Assembly (NCBI GenBank): GCA_002345625.1
Contig: DDWE01000026.1
Span: 581 to 50,970 of the forward strand
Source: Desulfuromonadaceae bacterium UBA2294
Lineage (GTDB): Bacteria > Desulfobacterota > Desulfuromonadia > Desulfuromonadales > UBA2294
Direction: 5' to 3'
DNA length: 50,390 nt
Of the stretch, positions 1-11,309 are shown piece by piece (positions within the stretch are counted from its first letter, which is position 1; the number at the start of each line of letters is the position of its first letter). The notes under the pieces were generated by a model. The model was not told where the DNA came from, did no database searches, and worked only from the letters and a program-made list of their open reading frames with translations. The translations under genes and the position numbers were made by a program.

Positions 1-237
1 GGCGGCCGTCATACGCCGTTCTTCAAAGGTTACCGCCCGCAGTTCTACTTCCGGACCACCGACGTGACCGGCATTTGTGAACTGCCGGAAGGGATCGAGA
101 TGGTTATGCCGGGCGACAATGTTGCTATGGTTGTAGATCTGATTACGCCGATCGCGATGGACGATGGCCTGCGTTTCGCAATCCGCGAAGGTGGCCGTAC
201 TGTTGGCGCTGGCGTTGTCAGCTCGATCATTGCCTAA
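1..237 (+). CDS. tuf: Elongation factor Tu, C-terminal fragment (5' end lies outside the window)
   Basis: Frame 1 reads [24 protein letters not shown]...[18 protein letters not shown] and ends at TAA 235-237. This is classic EF-Tu domain 3 sequence. It sits 8 nt upstream of rpsJ. Confidence 0.95.
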   Translation, partial: GGRHTPFFKGYRPQFYFRTTDVTGICELPEGIEMVMPGDNVAMVVDLITPIAMDDGLRFAIREGGRTVGAGVVSSIIA

Positions 238-245
238 GTGAGGGT

Positions 246-557
246 ATGATGCAGAACCAGAAGATCAGAATCAGACTGAAAGCTTATGATCACAAACTCC
301 TCGACCTCTCGGTGAACGAGATTGTCGATACGGCAAAACGTACCGGTGCCCGCATTGCCGGCCCCGTCCCGCTGCCGACCGTTATCAACAAGTACTGCGT
401 TCTGCGTGGACCGCATGTTGACAAGAAGAGCCGCGAGCAGTTCGAGATGCGCACCCACAAGCGCCTGCTCGACATCGTTGAGCCGACTCAGCAGACGGTT
501 GATGCGTTGATGAAGCTCGACCTCTCTGCCGGTGTTGACGTCGAGATCAAGCTGTAA
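246..557 (+). CDS. rpsJ: 30S ribosomal protein S10 (uS10)
   Basis: ORF begins [20 protein letters not shown], matching the conserved S10 N-terminus. It is the first gene of the S10 operon. The second ATG at 249 is an equally plausible start. Confidence 0.97.
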   Translation: MMQNQKIRIRLKAYDHKLLDLSVNEIVDTAKRTGARIAGPVPLPTVINKYCVLRGPHVDKKSREQFEMRTHKRLLDIVEPTQQTVDALMKLDLSAGVDVEIKL

Positions 558-596
558 AGCCCGGAGTGATCTGGAAAGCGAATAAGGGTACGAACC

Positions 597-1235
597 ATGA
601 TCAAGGGAATTTTAGGTAAAAAACTGGGCATGACCCAGATCTTTGCGAAGGACGGCAAGCGGATTCCCGTAACTGTCGTTGAAGCCGGTCCCTGCACCGT
701 GCTGCAAAAAAAGACGGTGGCAACGGACGGCTATACTTCTGTGCAACTCGGTTTTGTCGAGAAGAGTGCACACCGGGTGAATAAGCCGGAGCTCGGCCAC
801 TTTCGCAAAGCCGGCAAGGGCGCTTTTGCTCATCTGCGTGAAGTCCGGATTGACAATGCCGACGAATTTCAGGTTGGTGATGAAATCACCTGCTCTGCGA
901 TCTTTGCCGCCGGTGATATCATCGATGTCAGCGGCACCAGCAAGGGCAAGGGCTTTCAGGGTGTCATCAAGCGCTGGAAGTTTTCCGGTGGTCGCAGCTC
1001 CCACGGCTCCATGTTCCATCGCGGCCCCGGTTCCATCGGCTGCAGCGCCTGGCCCTCCCGCGTGTTCAAAGGGAAGAAGATGGCTGGCCAGATGGGGAAT
1101 GAGCGCGTGACGGTGCAGAACCTGCAGATCGTTGAAGTTCGTCCCGAGGAGAACATCATCCTGGTCAAGGGAGCGATCCCCGGCGCCAAAAATGGCGTGG
1201 TGATGATCCAAAAAGCAGTGAAAGCCGTCGGCTAA
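597..1235 (+). CDS. rplC: 50S ribosomal protein L3 (uL3)
   Basis: 212-aa ORF beginning [16 protein letters not shown]. The position after rpsJ is conserved. Confidence 0.97.
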   Translation: MIKGILGKKLGMTQIFAKDGKRIPVTVVEAGPCTVLQKKTVATDGYTSVQLGFVEKSAHRVNKPELGHFRKAGKGAFAHLREVRIDNADEFQVGDEITCSAIFAAGDIIDVSGTSKGKGFQGVIKRWKFSGGRSSHGSMFHRGPGSIGCSAWPSRVFKGKKMAGQMGNERVTVQNLQIVEVRPEENIILVKGAIPGAKNGVVMIQKAVKAVG

Positions 1236-1271
1236 TAAGCGGCTTTTGATCAGGATTCAGGAGATTAGTCC

Positions 1272-1895
1272 ATGGCAAAAATTGCTGTTTATGACATGAA
1301 TCGCAAGCAGGTCTCCGAGCGTGAGCTTGATGACGCCGTGTTCAACACGGACGTCAAGGGGTACCTGATCCACGATATGGTTCGCTACCAGTTGGCAGCG
1401 CGTCGCAGTGGCAATGCTAAGACCAAAGGCCGCAGCGAAGTCGCTGGTGGCGGCAAGAAACCCTACAAGCAAAAGGGAACGGGTAATGCCCGTCAGGGTT
1501 GCATTCGTGCGCCGCACTATGTCGGTGGTGGTGTTGTCTTTGGCCCGCAACCGCGCGACTACAGCTTCAAGCTGAATCGCAAGGTTAAGAAAGGCGCACT
1601 CAAGAGTGCCCTGTCCCTGCGCTTCAAAGAGGGCAAACTGACCGTACTGAACCAGCTGTTGATGGAAAAGATCAGCACCAAGAACTTTGCCGAAGTCCTC
1701 GGTCGTTTCGAGCTCGACAACGTCCTGATTGTGATCGATGACACCAACGCCGGAGTGGAACTGTCGGCCCGCAACTTGCCGCACGTCAAGGTGCTGCGCA
1801 GCGAAGGCGTCAACGTTTACGATGTGATGAAGTATCGCAACATGCTTATCACGGAAGAAGCCGTTGCCAAGCTGGAAGGAGCTTTAGCGCAATGA
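1272..1895 (+). CDS. rplD: 50S ribosomal protein L4 (uL4)
   Basis: 207-aa ORF containing [14 protein letters not shown]. Operon order fits. Confidence 0.96.
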   Translation: MAKIAVYDMNRKQVSERELDDAVFNTDVKGYLIHDMVRYQLAARRSGNAKTKGRSEVAGGGKKPYKQKGTGNARQGCIRAPHYVGGGVVFGPQPRDYSFKLNRKVKKGALKSALSLRFKEGKLTVLNQLLMEKISTKNFAEVLGRFELDNVLIVIDDTNAGVELSARNLPHVKVLRSEGVNVYDVMKYRNMLITEEAVAKLEGALAQ

Positions 1896-2179
1896 GACCG
1901 CTGCATCAGATTATCAAGAAGCCGTTGATTACCGAGAAGACCAACCTGCAAAAAGAAGTTAGCCGGGTTGTCGCCTTCGAAGTGTCGCTGAATGCCAACA
2001 AGGTCGAAATCAAACAGGCCGTGGAAAAAGCATTCAATGTCAAGGTGACTGACGTGAACACAACCGTTGCCGTCGGCAAGGTCAAACGTGTCGGCGCAAA
2101 ATACGGCAAGAGGTCGAATCGCAAAAAAGCCTACGTCACTTTGGCGGAAGGTAGCAATGTCGACTTCTTCGGTGTTTAA
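1892..2179 (+). CDS. rplW: 50S ribosomal protein L23 (uL23)
   Basis: 95-aa ORF. Its start overlaps the rplD stop by 4 nt (ATGA). Contains the PLITEKT motif. Confidence 0.96.
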   Translation: MRPLHQIIKKPLITEKTNLQKEVSRVVAFEVSLNANKVEIKQAVEKAFNVKVTDVNTTVAVGKVKRVGAKYGKRSNRKKAYVTLAEGSNVDFFGV

Positions 2180-2213
2180 CAGGCGAAAACTTTTTTAAGA
2201 CGGAGTTAGAATA

Positions 2214-3038
2214 ATGGGGATCAAAAGCTATAAGCCGACCTCTCCCGGTCGCCGCGGGATGACCTCCTCGACCTTTGAGGAAATCACCACATCGCGGCCG
2301 GAGAAATCGTTGCTGGCGCCTCTTTCGAAAAGTGGCGGCCGGAACAATTACGGCCGGATCACCAAGCGTCACACTGGTGGCGGACATAAACGCAAGTATC
2401 GGATCATCGACTTCAAGCGGGACAAGAAGGAGATTGAGGCCAAGGTTGTTTCGGTTGAATATGACCCGAACCGCTCTGCCCGCATCGCTCTGATCTGCTA
2501 CCTTGATGGAGAGAAGCGCTACATTCTGGCACCGGCCGGGGTTACCGTCGGCGATAAGGTCATTGCCAGCAACGATGCCGATATCGTGCCGGGTAACGCC
2601 ATGTCGATCCGCTCGATCCCCCTCGGTACCTGGGTGCACAACATTGAGCTGAAAGTTGGTAAAGGTGGTCAGTTGGCACGCAGCGCCGGCACCTATGCCA
2701 TGCTCGCTGCCAAAGATGGCAAATATGCTCAACTGCGTCTCCCTTCCGGTGAAGTGCGTCTGGTCCATCAGGACTGCTGTGCGACCATTGGGCAGGTTGG
2801 CAACGCGGATCATGAAAATGTTGTCATCGGCAAGGCCGGCCGTAACCGCTGGCTCGGCAAGCGTCCGCAGTCGCGCGGCGTCGCCATGAACCCGGTAGAC
2901 CATCCGCATGGTGGTGGTGAGGGCAAAAGCTCCGGTGGTCGCCATCCGGTCACCCCGTGGGGTGTTCCGACCAAAGGTTACAAAACCCGTACCAACAAGC
3001 GCACCGACCGCTTTATCGTGCGCCGGCGCAAGAAATAA
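2214..3038 (+). CDS. rplB: 50S ribosomal protein L2 (uL2)
   Basis: 274-aa ORF with the GGGHKRKYR and [14 protein letters not shown] hallmarks. Confidence 0.98.
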   Translation: MGIKSYKPTSPGRRGMTSSTFEEITTSRPEKSLLAPLSKSGGRNNYGRITKRHTGGGHKRKYRIIDFKRDKKEIEAKVVSVEYDPNRSARIALICYLDGEKRYILAPAGVTVGDKVIASNDADIVPGNAMSIRSIPLGTWVHNIELKVGKGGQLARSAGTYAMLAAKDGKYAQLRLPSGEVRLVHQDCCATIGQVGNADHENVVIGKAGRNRWLGKRPQSRGVAMNPVDHPHGGGEGKSSGGRHPVTPWGVPTKGYKTRTNKRTDRFIVRRRKK

Positions 3039-3076
3039 AAGACGTTTCGCGTCATTGTAAATAAGAGGAGACGACA

Positions 3077-3349
3077 GTGGCTAGATCGATTAAAAAAGGG
3101 CCGTACGTTCAGGACTGCCTGCTGCGCAAAGTGGGAACAGGCGCTGCCGGTGCAAACAAAGTTATCAAGACCTGGTCGCGCCGTTCGACGATTTTTCCCG
3201 AATTTGTCGGAATGACCTTTGCCGTTCATAACGGGCGCAAGTTCGTGCCGGTGTTTGTATCCGAGAACATGGTAGGTCACAAGCTCGGTGAATTCGCCCC
3301 GACGCGGACCTACTACGGCCACGGTGCTGACAAGAAGAGCAAACGGTAA
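3077..3349 (+). CDS. rpsS: 30S ribosomal protein S19 (uS19)
   Basis: 90-aa ORF with a GTG start, beginning [10 protein letters not shown]. Confidence 0.97.
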   Translation: MARSIKKGPYVQDCLLRKVGTGAAGANKVIKTWSRRSTIFPEFVGMTFAVHNGRKFVPVFVSENMVGHKLGEFAPTRTYYGHGADKKSKR

Positions 3350-3374
3350 TAAAGGCCGGTAGAGGAGTTTTGTA

Positions 3375-3707
3375 ATGGAAGCGAAAGCAGTGCTTAAATT
3401 TGCTCGTCTGTCCCCCCAGAAGACCCGTCTGGTGATCGACATGATTCGTGGCAAGGGAGTTCAGGATGCTCTGAATATCCTCAAGTTTTCCCCGAAAAAA
3501 TCGTCAGACATCGTCTCAAAGCTTCTCAGTTCGGCTGTTGCCAACGCTGAGCAGAAGGGTGTGTCCGACGTCGACCGTCTGTTTGTCAAGGCGATCACCG
3601 TCGACCAGGGACCTGCCCTGCGCCGGTTCATGCCGCGAGCTCAGGGTCGTGCGACCCGCATTCGTAAGCCGACCAGTCACATCACGGTCGTGCTTGACGA
3701 AAAATAG
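3375..3707 (+). CDS. rplV: 50S ribosomal protein L22 (uL22)
   Basis: 110-aa ORF beginning MEAKAVLKFARLSPQKTRLV. Confidence 0.96.
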   Translation: MEAKAVLKFARLSPQKTRLVIDMIRGKGVQDALNILKFSPKKSSDIVSKLLSSAVANAEQKGVSDVDRLFVKAITVDQGPALRRFMPRAQGRATRIRKPTSHITVVLDEK

Positions 3708-3728
3708 TTCCTTTTAGGAGGTGATGGT

Positions 3729-4376
3729 TTGGGCCAGAAAGTACATCCAATAGGTTTCCGTCTCGGTATTATTCGCACCTGGGAGTCCCGGTGGTATGCC
3801 GAGTCCGATTATGCCAAGCTGCTCCATGAAGATATCAAGCTGCGCAACTATCTGAAGAAGCGGCTGTATCATGCGGGTATCTCAAAGATCGAGATGGAGC
3901 GTGCTGCGAGCAAGGTCAAGATCCACATTCACGCGGCGCGTCCCGGTATCATTATCGGGAAAAAAGGCTCCGAGGTGGAAGTGCTGAAGCGTGAGCTGGC
4001 CAAACTCACCGACAACGAGATCTTTATCAACATTCAGGAAGTGCGCAAGCCCGAGATTGATGCGCAGCTGGTGGCCGAAAGCGTCGCCCTGCAACTCGAG
4101 CGCCGCGTCGCCTTTCGTCGTGCGATGAAGAAGTCGGTCGGTCAAGCCCTCAAGTTCGGTGCGCAGGGGATCAAGATCAACTGCGCCGGTCGTCTCGGCG
4201 GTGCTGAGATGAGCCGTACCGAGTGGTACCGCGAAGGCCGTGTGCCGCTTCACACTCTGCGCGCCGATATCGATTATGGCTTTGCCGAAGCGAAGACCAC
4301 CTACGGCATTATCGGTGTCAAGGTGCTGATCTTCAAAGGCGAGGTTCTTGCGCAGAACCAGCTTCAAACGAAATAG
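3729..4376 (+). CDS. rpsC: 30S ribosomal protein S3 (uS3)
   Basis: 215-aa ORF with a TTG start, beginning [14 protein letters not shown]. Confidence 0.97.
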   Translation: MGQKVHPIGFRLGIIRTWESRWYAESDYAKLLHEDIKLRNYLKKRLYHAGISKIEMERAASKVKIHIHAARPGIIIGKKGSEVEVLKRELAKLTDNEIFINIQEVRKPEIDAQLVAESVALQLERRVAFRRAMKKSVGQALKFGAQGIKINCAGRLGGAEMSRTEWYREGRVPLHTLRADIDYGFAEAKTTYGIIGVKVLIFKGEVLAQNQLQTK

Positions 4377-4388
4377 GAGTCTGGCGTC

Positions 4389-4814
4389 ATGTTAATGCCA
4401 AAGAAGGTTAAGCACAGAAAACAGTTTAAAGGCCGGATGAAGGGCACAAATCCGGGCGGAACTGATCTCAATTTCGGCGATTTCGGTCTTCAGGCTCTTG
4501 ATTGCGGTTGGCTTACAGCACGCCAGATTGAGGCGGCCCGTCGCGCCATGACCCGTTATGTCAAGCGCGGTGGCAAGATCTGGATCCGTGTCTTCCCGGA
4601 CAAGCCGCTGACCAGCAAGCCGGCCGAGACCCGTATGGGTAAAGGTAAAGGCTCTCCCGATAGTTGGGTTGCCGTGGTCCGGCCTGGGAAAATCCTGTAT
4701 GAAATGCAGGGTGTTGCTGAAGAGATCGCCCGCGAGGCGTTGCGACTGGCAGCCCACAAGCTGCCGATGAAAACCAAGTTTGTCAGCAGGGAGGAGGTGC
4801 CCCATGAAGGCTAA
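4389..4814 (+). CDS. rplP: 50S ribosomal protein L16 (uL16)
   Basis: 141-aa ORF beginning [17 protein letters not shown]. Confidence 0.97.
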   Translation: MLMPKKVKHRKQFKGRMKGTNPGGTDLNFGDFGLQALDCGWLTARQIEAARRAMTRYVKRGGKIWIRVFPDKPLTSKPAETRMGKGKGSPDSWVAVVRPGKILYEMQGVAEEIAREALRLAAHKLPMKTKFVSREEVPHEG

Positions 4815-4992
4815 TGATATCAGGGGCCTCAACATGGATGAGTTGGAGAAAAAAGGGCAGGAGTTGCATCAGGAACTGTTCAACCTGCGCTTCCAACTTC
4901 ACACCGGGCATCTGGAGAATAACACCCGGATCTCCATGGTGAAAAAAGATATTGCACGCGTCCAGACCGTGCTGCGCGAGAAGCGCTCTTAA
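4804..4992 (+). CDS. rpmC: 50S ribosomal protein L29 (uL29)
   Basis: The ORF track opens at 4780. The conserved protein begins [17 protein letters not shown] at ATG 4804, overlapping the rplP end by 11 nt. Confidence 0.93.
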   Translation: MKANDIRGLNMDELEKKGQELHQELFNLRFQLHTGHLENNTRISMVKKDIARVQTVLREKRS

Positions 4993-5011
4993 GAAGAATT
5001 TGAGGAATACC

Positions 5012-5278
5012 ATGACGACACAGCGTGGAAACCGGAAAACTCAGGTCGGGATTGTTGCCAGCGACAAAATGGACAAGACTGTCGTAGTCAAAGTCGAGCA
5101 GTTGGTGATGCATCCCGTCTACAAGAAGTACATCAAGCGGAACGTTAAGTTCAAGGCGCACGACGCCGAGAATACCTGCGCTATTGGGGACAAGGTGCTG
5201 ATCGTTGAGACTCGCCCTATGTCCAAGGACAAGCGCTGGAAGGTTCGCGAGATCCTTGAAAAGAACGTGACCGTCTAG
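5012..5278 (+). CDS. rpsQ: 30S ribosomal protein S17 (uS17)
   Basis: The ORF track opens at 4952. The conserved protein begins [23 protein letters not shown] at ATG 5012, which is preceded by a GAGGA Shine-Dalgarno (SD) sequence. Confidence 0.93.
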   Translation: MTTQRGNRKTQVGIVASDKMDKTVVVKVEQLVMHPVYKKYIKRNVKFKAHDAENTCAIGDKVLIVETRPMSKDKRWKVREILEKNVTV

Positions 5279-5290
5279 GAGATACGACCC

Positions 5291-5659
5291 ATGATTCAGA
5301 TGCAATCAATGCTTGATGTTGCCGACAATTCCGGAGCCCGGAAACTGTGCTGCATTAAGGTTCCCGGTGGTTCGAAGCGCAAATATGCGGGCCTGGGAGA
5401 CATTATCGTCTGTTCGGTCAAGGAAGCCTTGCCCGGATCGAAAGTCAAAAAAGGCGATGTTGTCAAGGCGGTCATTGTCCGGACTGCGAAAGAGGTGAAC
5501 CGCGCTGACGGGTCTCTGATTCGCTTCGATAACAATTCCGCAGTTGTCGTCAACAATGCCGGTGAGCCGGTCGGGACCCGTATTTTTGGCCCGGTGGCGA
5601 GAGAGCTGCGTGCGAAGCGTTTCATGAAAATCGTTTCGCTGGCTCCGGAAGTACTATAA
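5291..5659 (+). CDS. rplN: 50S ribosomal protein L14 (uL14)
   Basis: 122-aa ORF beginning [18 protein letters not shown]. Confidence 0.98.
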   Translation: MIQMQSMLDVADNSGARKLCCIKVPGGSKRKYAGLGDIIVCSVKEALPGSKVKKGDVVKAVIVRTAKEVNRADGSLIRFDNNSAVVVNNAGEPVGTRIFGPVARELRAKRFMKIVSLAPEVL

Positions 5660-5679
5660 GGGGATTGGGAGAGACGATA

Positions 5680-6009
5680 ATGGCAGCGACGAAGCTTCAC
5701 GTCAAAAAAGACGATACGGTCATGATTCTGGCCGGCAAAGACAAGGGCAAGACCGGTAAGGTCATGCGTGTCATGTCGGAAAAAGGCCAGGTTGTGGTTG
5801 AGAACATCAACATGATCAAGCGGCATACCCGCCCGAACCAGCGTAACAATGAAGGTGGGATTATCGAGAAAGAAGCGTCTCTCGACGCATCCAATGTCCT
5901 GCTTGTCTGCGGATCCTGCCATAAAGCAGCGCGGACCGGCATGCGTACACTCGATAACGGCAGCAAGGTCCGCTTCTGCAAGAAGTGTAACGAGATAGTG
6001 GACAAGTAA
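5680..6009 (+). CDS. rplX: 50S ribosomal protein L24 (uL24), variant with a C-terminal Cys4 motif
   Basis: Start taken at ATG 5680 ([24 protein letters not shown], a KOW motif); the ORF track opens at 5665. The C-terminus contains CGSC...CKKC. Confidence 0.94.
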   Translation: MAATKLHVKKDDTVMILAGKDKGKTGKVMRVMSEKGQVVVENINMIKRHTRPNQRNNEGGIIEKEASLDASNVLLVCGSCHKAARTGMRTLDNGSKVRFCKKCNEIVDK

Positions 6010-6020
6010 TGGAGACCTCC

Positions 6021-6560
6021 ATGACCAGACTGCAGGAAAAATATCAGAAAGAGCTACTGCCGGAACTGATGCAGGAACTTCAGCTCAAGAATGTGATGGA
6101 AGCACCCCGGATTGAGAAGGTCGTGGTAAACATGGGCCTGGGCGAAGCCATCCAGAATATCAAGGTGCTCGAGTCGGCTGTTGTTGAACTCGGTCGCATT
6201 ACCGGGCAGAAGGCAATGATTACTCGCGCCAAGCGTTCCATTGCCCAGTTCAAGCTGCGCGAGGGGATGCCGATCGGTTGCTCGGTGACTTTGCGCCGGC
6301 AGCGGGCATACGAGTTTCTTGATCGTTTGATCAATGTTGCCCTGCCGCGCGTACGCGACTTCAAGGGGATTTCGCCGAAGGCTTTTGATGGCCGTGGCAA
6401 CTATACCCTCGGTATTCGTGAGCAGATCATCTTCCCGGAGATCGACCTTGAGAAAATTGACAAGGTCAAGGGCCTCAACGTGACCATCGTCACCACTGCC
6501 CGGACTGACGAACAGGGACGTGCCCTGCTCGGCAAAATGGGTATGCCCTTTCGGAAATAG
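6021..6560 (+). CDS. rplE: 50S ribosomal protein L5 (uL5)
   Basis: Start taken at ATG 6021 ([11 protein letters not shown]...VNMGLGEA), which follows a GGAG SD. The ORF track opens at 6009. Confidence 0.95.
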   Translation: MTRLQEKYQKELLPELMQELQLKNVMEAPRIEKVVVNMGLGEAIQNIKVLESAVVELGRITGQKAMITRAKRSIAQFKLREGMPIGCSVTLRRQRAYEFLDRLINVALPRVRDFKGISPKAFDGRGNYTLGIREQIIFPEIDLEKIDKVKGLNVTIVTTARTDEQGRALLGKMGMPFRK

Positions 6561-6584
6561 TACACGCGTCAAGCGGAGGAAATT

Positions 6585-6770
6585 GTGGCTAAGAAATCGT
6601 TGAGGAACAAGGCCAGCCAGCCGAACAAGTTTCAGGTTCGCGACTACAACCGTTGCCCGCTGTGCGGTCGGCCGCGGGCCTACTATCGTAAATTTGATAT
6701 GTGCCGGATCTGTCTGCGTAAGCTGGCATCCGAAGGTAAAATCCCAGGCGTCGTCAAGTCGAGCTGGTAA
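6585..6770 (+). CDS. rpsZ: 30S ribosomal protein S14, short zinc-binding type Z
   Basis: 61-aa ORF with a GTG start. It contains CPLCGR...CRICLR (a CxxC...CxxC pair) and sits between rplE and rpsH. Confidence 0.95.
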   Translation: MAKKSLRNKASQPNKFQVRDYNRCPLCGRPRAYYRKFDMCRICLRKLASEGKIPGVVKSSW

Positions 6771-6793
6771 CAAAGAAAGAAGGAGTCGCATCC

Positions 6794-7192
6794 ATGGGAA
6801 TGACGGATCCGATCGCAGACATGTTGACCCGCATTCGTAACGCGGGCCTTGCGCGACATCAAAAAACTGATATGCCCGCTTCGACCATCAAGGAAGCACT
6901 GGCGACAGTTCTGAAAGAGCAGGGGTACATCAAGAATTTAAAGATGTCCTCCGACGACAAGCAAGGGGTTCTGCGCATCTATCTGAAGTATGATGAGGAA
7001 AATTGCCCGGTGATTCACGAAATCACCCGCGTTTCCACCCCCGGCCGCCGTGTTTACGTGGGCAAGGACGAGATCCCGAAAGTGAAAAACGGACTCGGCT
7101 GCGCCATCGTCTCAACCTCAAAAGGGTTGATGGACGGCGAATCGGCCCGCGCTGCCCAGGTTGGCGGCGAGTTTATCTGTACCGTCTGGTAA
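6794..7192 (+). CDS. rpsH: 30S ribosomal protein S8 (uS8)
   Basis: 132-aa ORF beginning [17 protein letters not shown]. Confidence 0.97.
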   Translation: MGMTDPIADMLTRIRNAGLARHQKTDMPASTIKEALATVLKEQGYIKNLKMSSDDKQGVLRIYLKYDEENCPVIHEITRVSTPGRRVYVGKDEIPKVKNGLGCAIVSTSKGLMDGESARAAQVGGEFICTVW

Positions 7193-7219
7193 GCACTCGA
7201 CTGGTCAAGGAGTAGATTC

Positions 7220-7762
7220 ATGTCCCGAATTGGCAAACAGCCTATTTCGATACCGGGCGGCGTTAAAGTCGCTCTCGCTGATACGGAAATTTCCGTACAG
7301 GGCCCTAAAGGAAACCTGAAGCGTCTTCTTCCTGCCACTGTCAAGGTCGAAGTTGAAGCTGATGTGATCCGCGTCTGTCCGCCGGTTAACCCGCGTGAGA
7401 CGACGGCGCTGCAGGGGCTGACCCGCACTCTGATTGCCAATATGGTTGAAGGGGTGACCAAGGGTTATCAACGTATCCTGGAGATCAATGGCGTCGGTTA
7501 TCGCGCCGAGATGAAAGGGAAAGTCCTGAATCTCGCTCTTGGCTACTCCCATCCGGTTGAGTATCCGCTCCCTGAAGGGATCAGTGCAGAGGTCGATCCG
7601 AAGAGTAACAAGATTACTCTGAACGGTATTGACAAGGAACTGCTCGGAGCAACCGCTGCCAAGATCCGTTCCTTCCGTGCACCGGAGCCCTACAAGGGTA
7701 AGGGGATCAAGTACGCCGAGGAGCGCATCCTGCGCAAAGCTGGCAAGACCGGTAAAAAGTAA
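7220..7762 (+). CDS. rplF: 50S ribosomal protein L6 (uL6)
   Basis: 180-aa ORF beginning [17 protein letters not shown]. Confidence 0.97.
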   Translation: MSRIGKQPISIPGGVKVALADTEISVQGPKGNLKRLLPATVKVEVEADVIRVCPPVNPRETTALQGLTRTLIANMVEGVTKGYQRILEINGVGYRAEMKGKVLNLALGYSHPVEYPLPEGISAEVDPKSNKITLNGIDKELLGATAAKIRSFRAPEPYKGKGIKYAEERILRKAGKTGKK

Positions 7763-7796
7763 AGTTTTCTTTAAGAAGGCATGAAGGAGATAGAAC

Positions 7797-8165
7797 GTGA
7801 ACGCCTCAATTGAAAGACGTCAGGCACGCCTGAAAAGAAAGGCCCGCGTAAGGCGCACAGTCCGCGGCACCGATGAGCGTCCGCGCCTGTCCGTTTTCCG
7901 CAGTGCAAAGCACATTTACGCCCAGATCATCGAAGATTCCACCGGCAGAACTCTGGCTGCGGCATCGACTGCATGCAAGGATGTCGCTGATGGGCTGAAG
8001 AATTCCGGCAACGTCGAAGCGGCGAAAGTGGTAGGTGCCGCTATCGCCAAGAAGGCGCTGTCAAATAATATCAAGCAAGTGGTTTTCGACCGCAACGGTT
8101 TTCTGTACCACGGCCGCGTTAAGGCGCTGGCTGATGCGGCACGGGAAGCCGGGCTGTCCTTTTAA
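7797..8165 (+). CDS. rplR: 50S ribosomal protein L18 (uL18)
   Basis: 122-aa ORF with a GTG start. Contains [18 protein letters not shown]. Confidence 0.96.
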   Translation: MNASIERRQARLKRKARVRRTVRGTDERPRLSVFRSAKHIYAQIIEDSTGRTLAAASTACKDVADGLKNSGNVEAAKVVGAAIAKKALSNNIKQVVFDRNGFLYHGRVKALADAAREAGLSF

Positions 8166-8180
8166 CCGAAGGAGTGAGCG

Positions 8181-8675
8181 TTGATGCAGCAGAAGATTGA
8201 AACCAGCGAAATGGAGTTGACGGATCGCGTCATCCATATCAACCGCTGCGCCAAAGTGGTTAAGGGCGGCCGGCGCTTCAGCTTCTCGGCGTTGGTCGTG
8301 GTCGGCGACGGTCATGGTCGCGTTGGCTATGGCCTTGGCAAAGCGAAAGAAGTTCCCGAGGCGATTCGTAAGGGTGTGGAGAAGGCTCGCAAGAGCATGA
8401 TTCGGGTCCCCCTGAAGAAGCGGACCATCCCTTTCGACGTACTTGGCAAGTTCGGCGCAGGTAAAGTCCTGCTCAAGCCGGCGTCCGAAGGTACAGGTGT
8501 TATTGCAGGTGGTGCGATTCGTGCCGTGCTTGAGGTAGCCGGTGTGGGCGACATCCTCTCCAAGTGCCTCGGTTCCAACAACCCGCACAATGCCGTGAAG
8601 GCGACCATCAACGCCCTGACCCAGCTTAAGAGCGCGGAGCAGATTATGGCGCGGCGCGGTTTGAGCGGCGAATAA
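8181..8675 (+). CDS. rpsE: 30S ribosomal protein S5 (uS5)
   Basis: 164-aa ORF containing [24 protein letters not shown]. The start is TTG 8181 or ATG 8184. Confidence 0.96.
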   Translation: MMQQKIETSEMELTDRVIHINRCAKVVKGGRRFSFSALVVVGDGHGRVGYGLGKAKEVPEAIRKGVEKARKSMIRVPLKKRTIPFDVLGKFGAGKVLLKPASEGTGVIAGGAIRAVLEVAGVGDILSKCLGSNNPHNAVKATINALTQLKSAEQIMARRGLSGE

Positions 8676-8699
8676 AGCGACGATAGAGGAGATCTTAAG

Positions 8700-8879
8700 A
8701 TGGCCGGAGAAATCAAGGTCACGCTGAAAAAAAGCTCAATCGGCCGCAAGGAGTATTTCTCGCGGGTGTTGAATGGGCTCGGCCTGACTAAGTTGAATAA
8801 AACTGTTGTCCTAAAGGATACCCCGGAGATCCGCGGCATGATCCGCAAGGTCTCCCACATGGTAGCCGTTGACGAGTAA
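8700..8879 (+). CDS. rpmD: 50S ribosomal protein L30 (uL30)
   Basis: Not in the ORF track because it is only 59 aa. My own translation from ATG 8700 gives MAGEIKVTLKKSSIGRKEYFSRVLNGLGLTKLNKTVVLKDTPEIRGMIRKVSHMVAVDE, ending at TAA 8877-8879. A GAGGAG SD lies upstream, and the slot between rpsE and rplO is the expected one. Confidence 0.92.
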   Translation: MAGEIKVTLKKSSIGRKEYFSRVLNGLGLTKLNKTVVLKDTPEIRGMIRKVSHMVAVDE

Positions 8880-8900
8880 TCAAAAAACAGGACGTGTGCT

Positions 8901-9341
8901 ATGGATCTGAGTAATCTTAAGCCGGCAATCGGCTCGACAAAAAATCGCAAACGGATCGGCCGTGGTAAAGGCTCCGGTACCGGTAAAACAGCCGGTAAGG
9001 GCCACAAAGGCCAGAAGGCGCGCAGTGGCGGCAGTATCAAGGCCGGTTTTGAAGGTGGTCAGATGCCACTTCAACGCCGTCTGCCAAAACGTGGCTTTAA
9101 TCCGCTGAACAAAAAAGTCTATGCCCTGGTCAATCTGGCCGATCTCGCCCAGTTTGAAGCCGGAAGCGTCGTTGACGCCGAAGCTTTGAGCAGCGTCGGT
9201 CTGGTCGGTAACCTGCGTGACGGAATTAAGGTGCTTGGCGACGGTGACATCACCGCAGCTTTGACCGTCAAGGCGCATAAATTCAGCAAATCAGCTGCGG
9301 CCAAGATTGAGTCGGCCGGCGGCAAAGCCGAGGTTATTTAA
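8901..9341 (+). CDS. rplO: 50S ribosomal protein L15 (uL15)
   Basis: 146-aa ORF containing [24 protein letters not shown]. Confidence 0.97.
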   Translation: MDLSNLKPAIGSTKNRKRIGRGKGSGTGKTAGKGHKGQKARSGGSIKAGFEGGQMPLQRRLPKRGFNPLNKKVYALVNLADLAQFEAGSVVDAEALSSVGLVGNLRDGIKVLGDGDITAALTVKAHKFSKSAAAKIESAGGKAEVI

Positions 9342-9342
9342 A

Positions 9343-10650
9343 TTGTTCGCGAGCATCCAGAACATCTTCAGTATTCCGGAGTTGCGTCGTCGCATCCTGT
9401 TTACCATCGGGATGCTGGCGGTCTATCGTATCGGGTGTCATGTTCCGATTCCAGGGATTGATGCCGCCGTTCTGGCGACATTTTTTGCTGGAACCGAGGG
9501 GACCCTGCTCGATCTGGTCAGCGCTTTCACGGGTGGTGCTCTTGAGCGCATGACGGTGTTTGCTCTCGGCATTATGCCGTATATCAGTGCTTCGATTATC
9601 CTTCAGTTGCTGACTGTTGTCTTTGAACCTGTTGAGCGGTTGGCTAAGGAAGGTGAACAGGGGCGCAAGACCATCACCCGCTGGACCCGTTACGGGACCA
9701 TTATACTGTCGGTGATTCAGGGCGCGGGGATTGCTGTTGGTCTGCAGACCATGCGCGGTCCGACCGGCGATCTGGTCGTTCCTGCTCCGGGCGCTGGTTT
9801 CGTGCTGATGACCATCATTACCCTGACTGCCGGAACCGCTTTTATTATGTGGCTCGGCGAGCAGATTACTGAGCGTGGTATCGGTAACGGAATCTCTCTG
9901 GTTATCTTTGCCGGAATCGTAGCCATGATGCCTTCGGCTATTGTCAACTCTCTGCGTTTGATGAAGACCGGCGAGTTAACGGTATTTTTGCTGATTGTCG
10001 TTCTGATTCTGATGCTGGTGGTTATCGCCTTCATTATCTTCATGGAGCGTGCTCAGCGCCGGTTGCCTATCCACTACGCCAAACGTCAGATCGGCGCACG
10101 GGCTGTTGGTGGCCAATCGAGCCACCTGCCGCTGAAAATCAACATGAGCGGCGTTATCCCACCAATTTTTGCCAGTTCGATTATTATGTTCCCGGCCACG
10201 GTTGCCAGCATGGTCGATGTGCCCTGGGTTAGATCCCTTGCCGAGACCCTGGTGCCGACCCATTGGCTTTATAATGTTATTTTTGTTGCAGCAATCATCT
10301 TTTTCTGCTACTTCTACACGGCTGTAACGTTCAACCCGGTTGATGTGGCCGAAAACATCAAAAAACAGGGTGGTTACGTACCGGGGATTCGTCCCGGTAA
10401 GGCGACGGTCGAGTACATCGATATGGTACTCAACCGCATCACCTTTGCCGGAGCTTTGTATATCTCTGCTGTCTGCGTATTGCCGACAATCCTTTACAGC
10501 GCTTTCAGCGTGCCGTTCTACTTTGGTGGGACCTCACTTCTGATCGTTGTCGGTGTCGGTCTTGATACCGCGTCGCAGATCGAGGCGCACCTGATTTCAC
10601 GTTCCTATGAGGGCTTCATGCAGGGCGTGACGATCAAGGGCCGGCGCTAG
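9343..10650 (+). CDS. secY: Preprotein translocase subunit SecY
   Basis: Polytopic membrane protein. The conserved N-terminus ([20 protein letters not shown]) starts at in-frame TTG 9343, just after the rplO stop. The ORF-track ATG at 9307 would overlap rplO by 35 nt. Confidence 0.95.
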   Translation: MFASIQNIFSIPELRRRILFTIGMLAVYRIGCHVPIPGIDAAVLATFFAGTEGTLLDLVSAFTGGALERMTVFALGIMPYISASIILQLLTVVFEPVERLAKEGEQGRKTITRWTRYGTIILSVIQGAGIAVGLQTMRGPTGDLVVPAPGAGFVLMTIITLTAGTAFIMWLGEQITERGIGNGISLVIFAGIVAMMPSAIVNSLRLMKTGELTVFLLIVVLILMLVVIAFIIFMERAQRRLPIHYAKRQIGARAVGGQSSHLPLKINMSGVIPPIFASSIIMFPATVASMVDVPWVRSLAETLVPTHWLYNVIFVAAIIFFCYFYTAVTFNPVDVAENIKKQGGYVPGIRPGKATVEYIDMVLNRITFAGALYISAVCVLPTILYSAFSVPFYFGGTSLLIVVGVGLDTASQIEAHLISRSYEGFMQGVTIKGRR

Positions 10651-10659
10651 GAGCGACGG

Positions 10660-11307
10660 ATGAAGTTGATTCTGCTCGGACCGCCCGGTGCCGGTAAAGG
10701 GACCCAGGCGAAGATGCTGACTGAACGTTTTGGAATCCCTCAGATTTCGACCGGTGATATTTTGCGGGCCGCAGTCAAGGATGGGACGCCGATGGGGATC
10801 AAGGCCAAAAGTTGTATGGACGCCGGCGAACTGGTCCCAGATGCGGTGGTAATTGGTATTGTTCGAGAGCGCCTGCAGAAATCGGATTGTGCTGCCGGGT
10901 TTATTCTGGACGGTTTTCCGCGCACAGAACCTCAGGCGGACGCATTGGCCGGAACATTACTGGATCTGGGAAAGCCGCTTGATGCCGTTATCTCCCTTGC
11001 GGTCGATATCGAGGCGCTGGTCGAGCGTTTAACCGGTCGTCGGACCTGCCGCGATTGTGGCCGTGGTTACCACGTCCGTTTTGACCCGTCAAAAAAAGCT
11101 GGCATCTGTGATGCGTGCGGTGGCGAGTTGATACAGCGAGATGATGATCAGGAAGCGACCATTCGGAAACGATTGGATGTCTATCAGGCGCAAACGGCCC
11201 CTCTCATTGCCTATTACGATGCTGCCGGTCTGTTGCACAGCCTTGATGGCATGCAGCCGATCGAAGAGGTCCAGAGGCAAATGAACGTGCTGTTGCAGGC
11301 GGACTGA
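10660..11307 (+). CDS. adk: Adenylate kinase (Cys4 zinc lid type)
   Basis: Begins [17 protein letters not shown] (P-loop). The lid carries CRDCG...CDACGG. Confidence 0.97.
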   Translation: MKLILLGPPGAGKGTQAKMLTERFGIPQISTGDILRAAVKDGTPMGIKAKSCMDAGELVPDAVVIGIVRERLQKSDCAAGFILDGFPRTEPQADALAGTLLDLGKPLDAVISLAVDIEALVERLTGRRTCRDCGRGYHVRFDPSKKAGICDACGGELIQRDDDQEATIRKRLDVYQAQTAPLIAYYDAAGLLHSLDGMQPIEEVQRQMNVLLQAD

Positions 11308-11309
11308 AG

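Noticed and set aside
4780-5011. The longer ORF-track starts for rpmC (4780), rpsQ (4952), rplX (5665), rplE (6009), secY (9307), korB (48528), bamD (42539), gene C (33846) and DUF2339 (20251).
   Set aside because: The N-terminal extensions are not conserved-looking and overlap upstream genes. Downstream in-frame starts coincide with the conserved protein N-termini or signal peptides and have better SD sequences.
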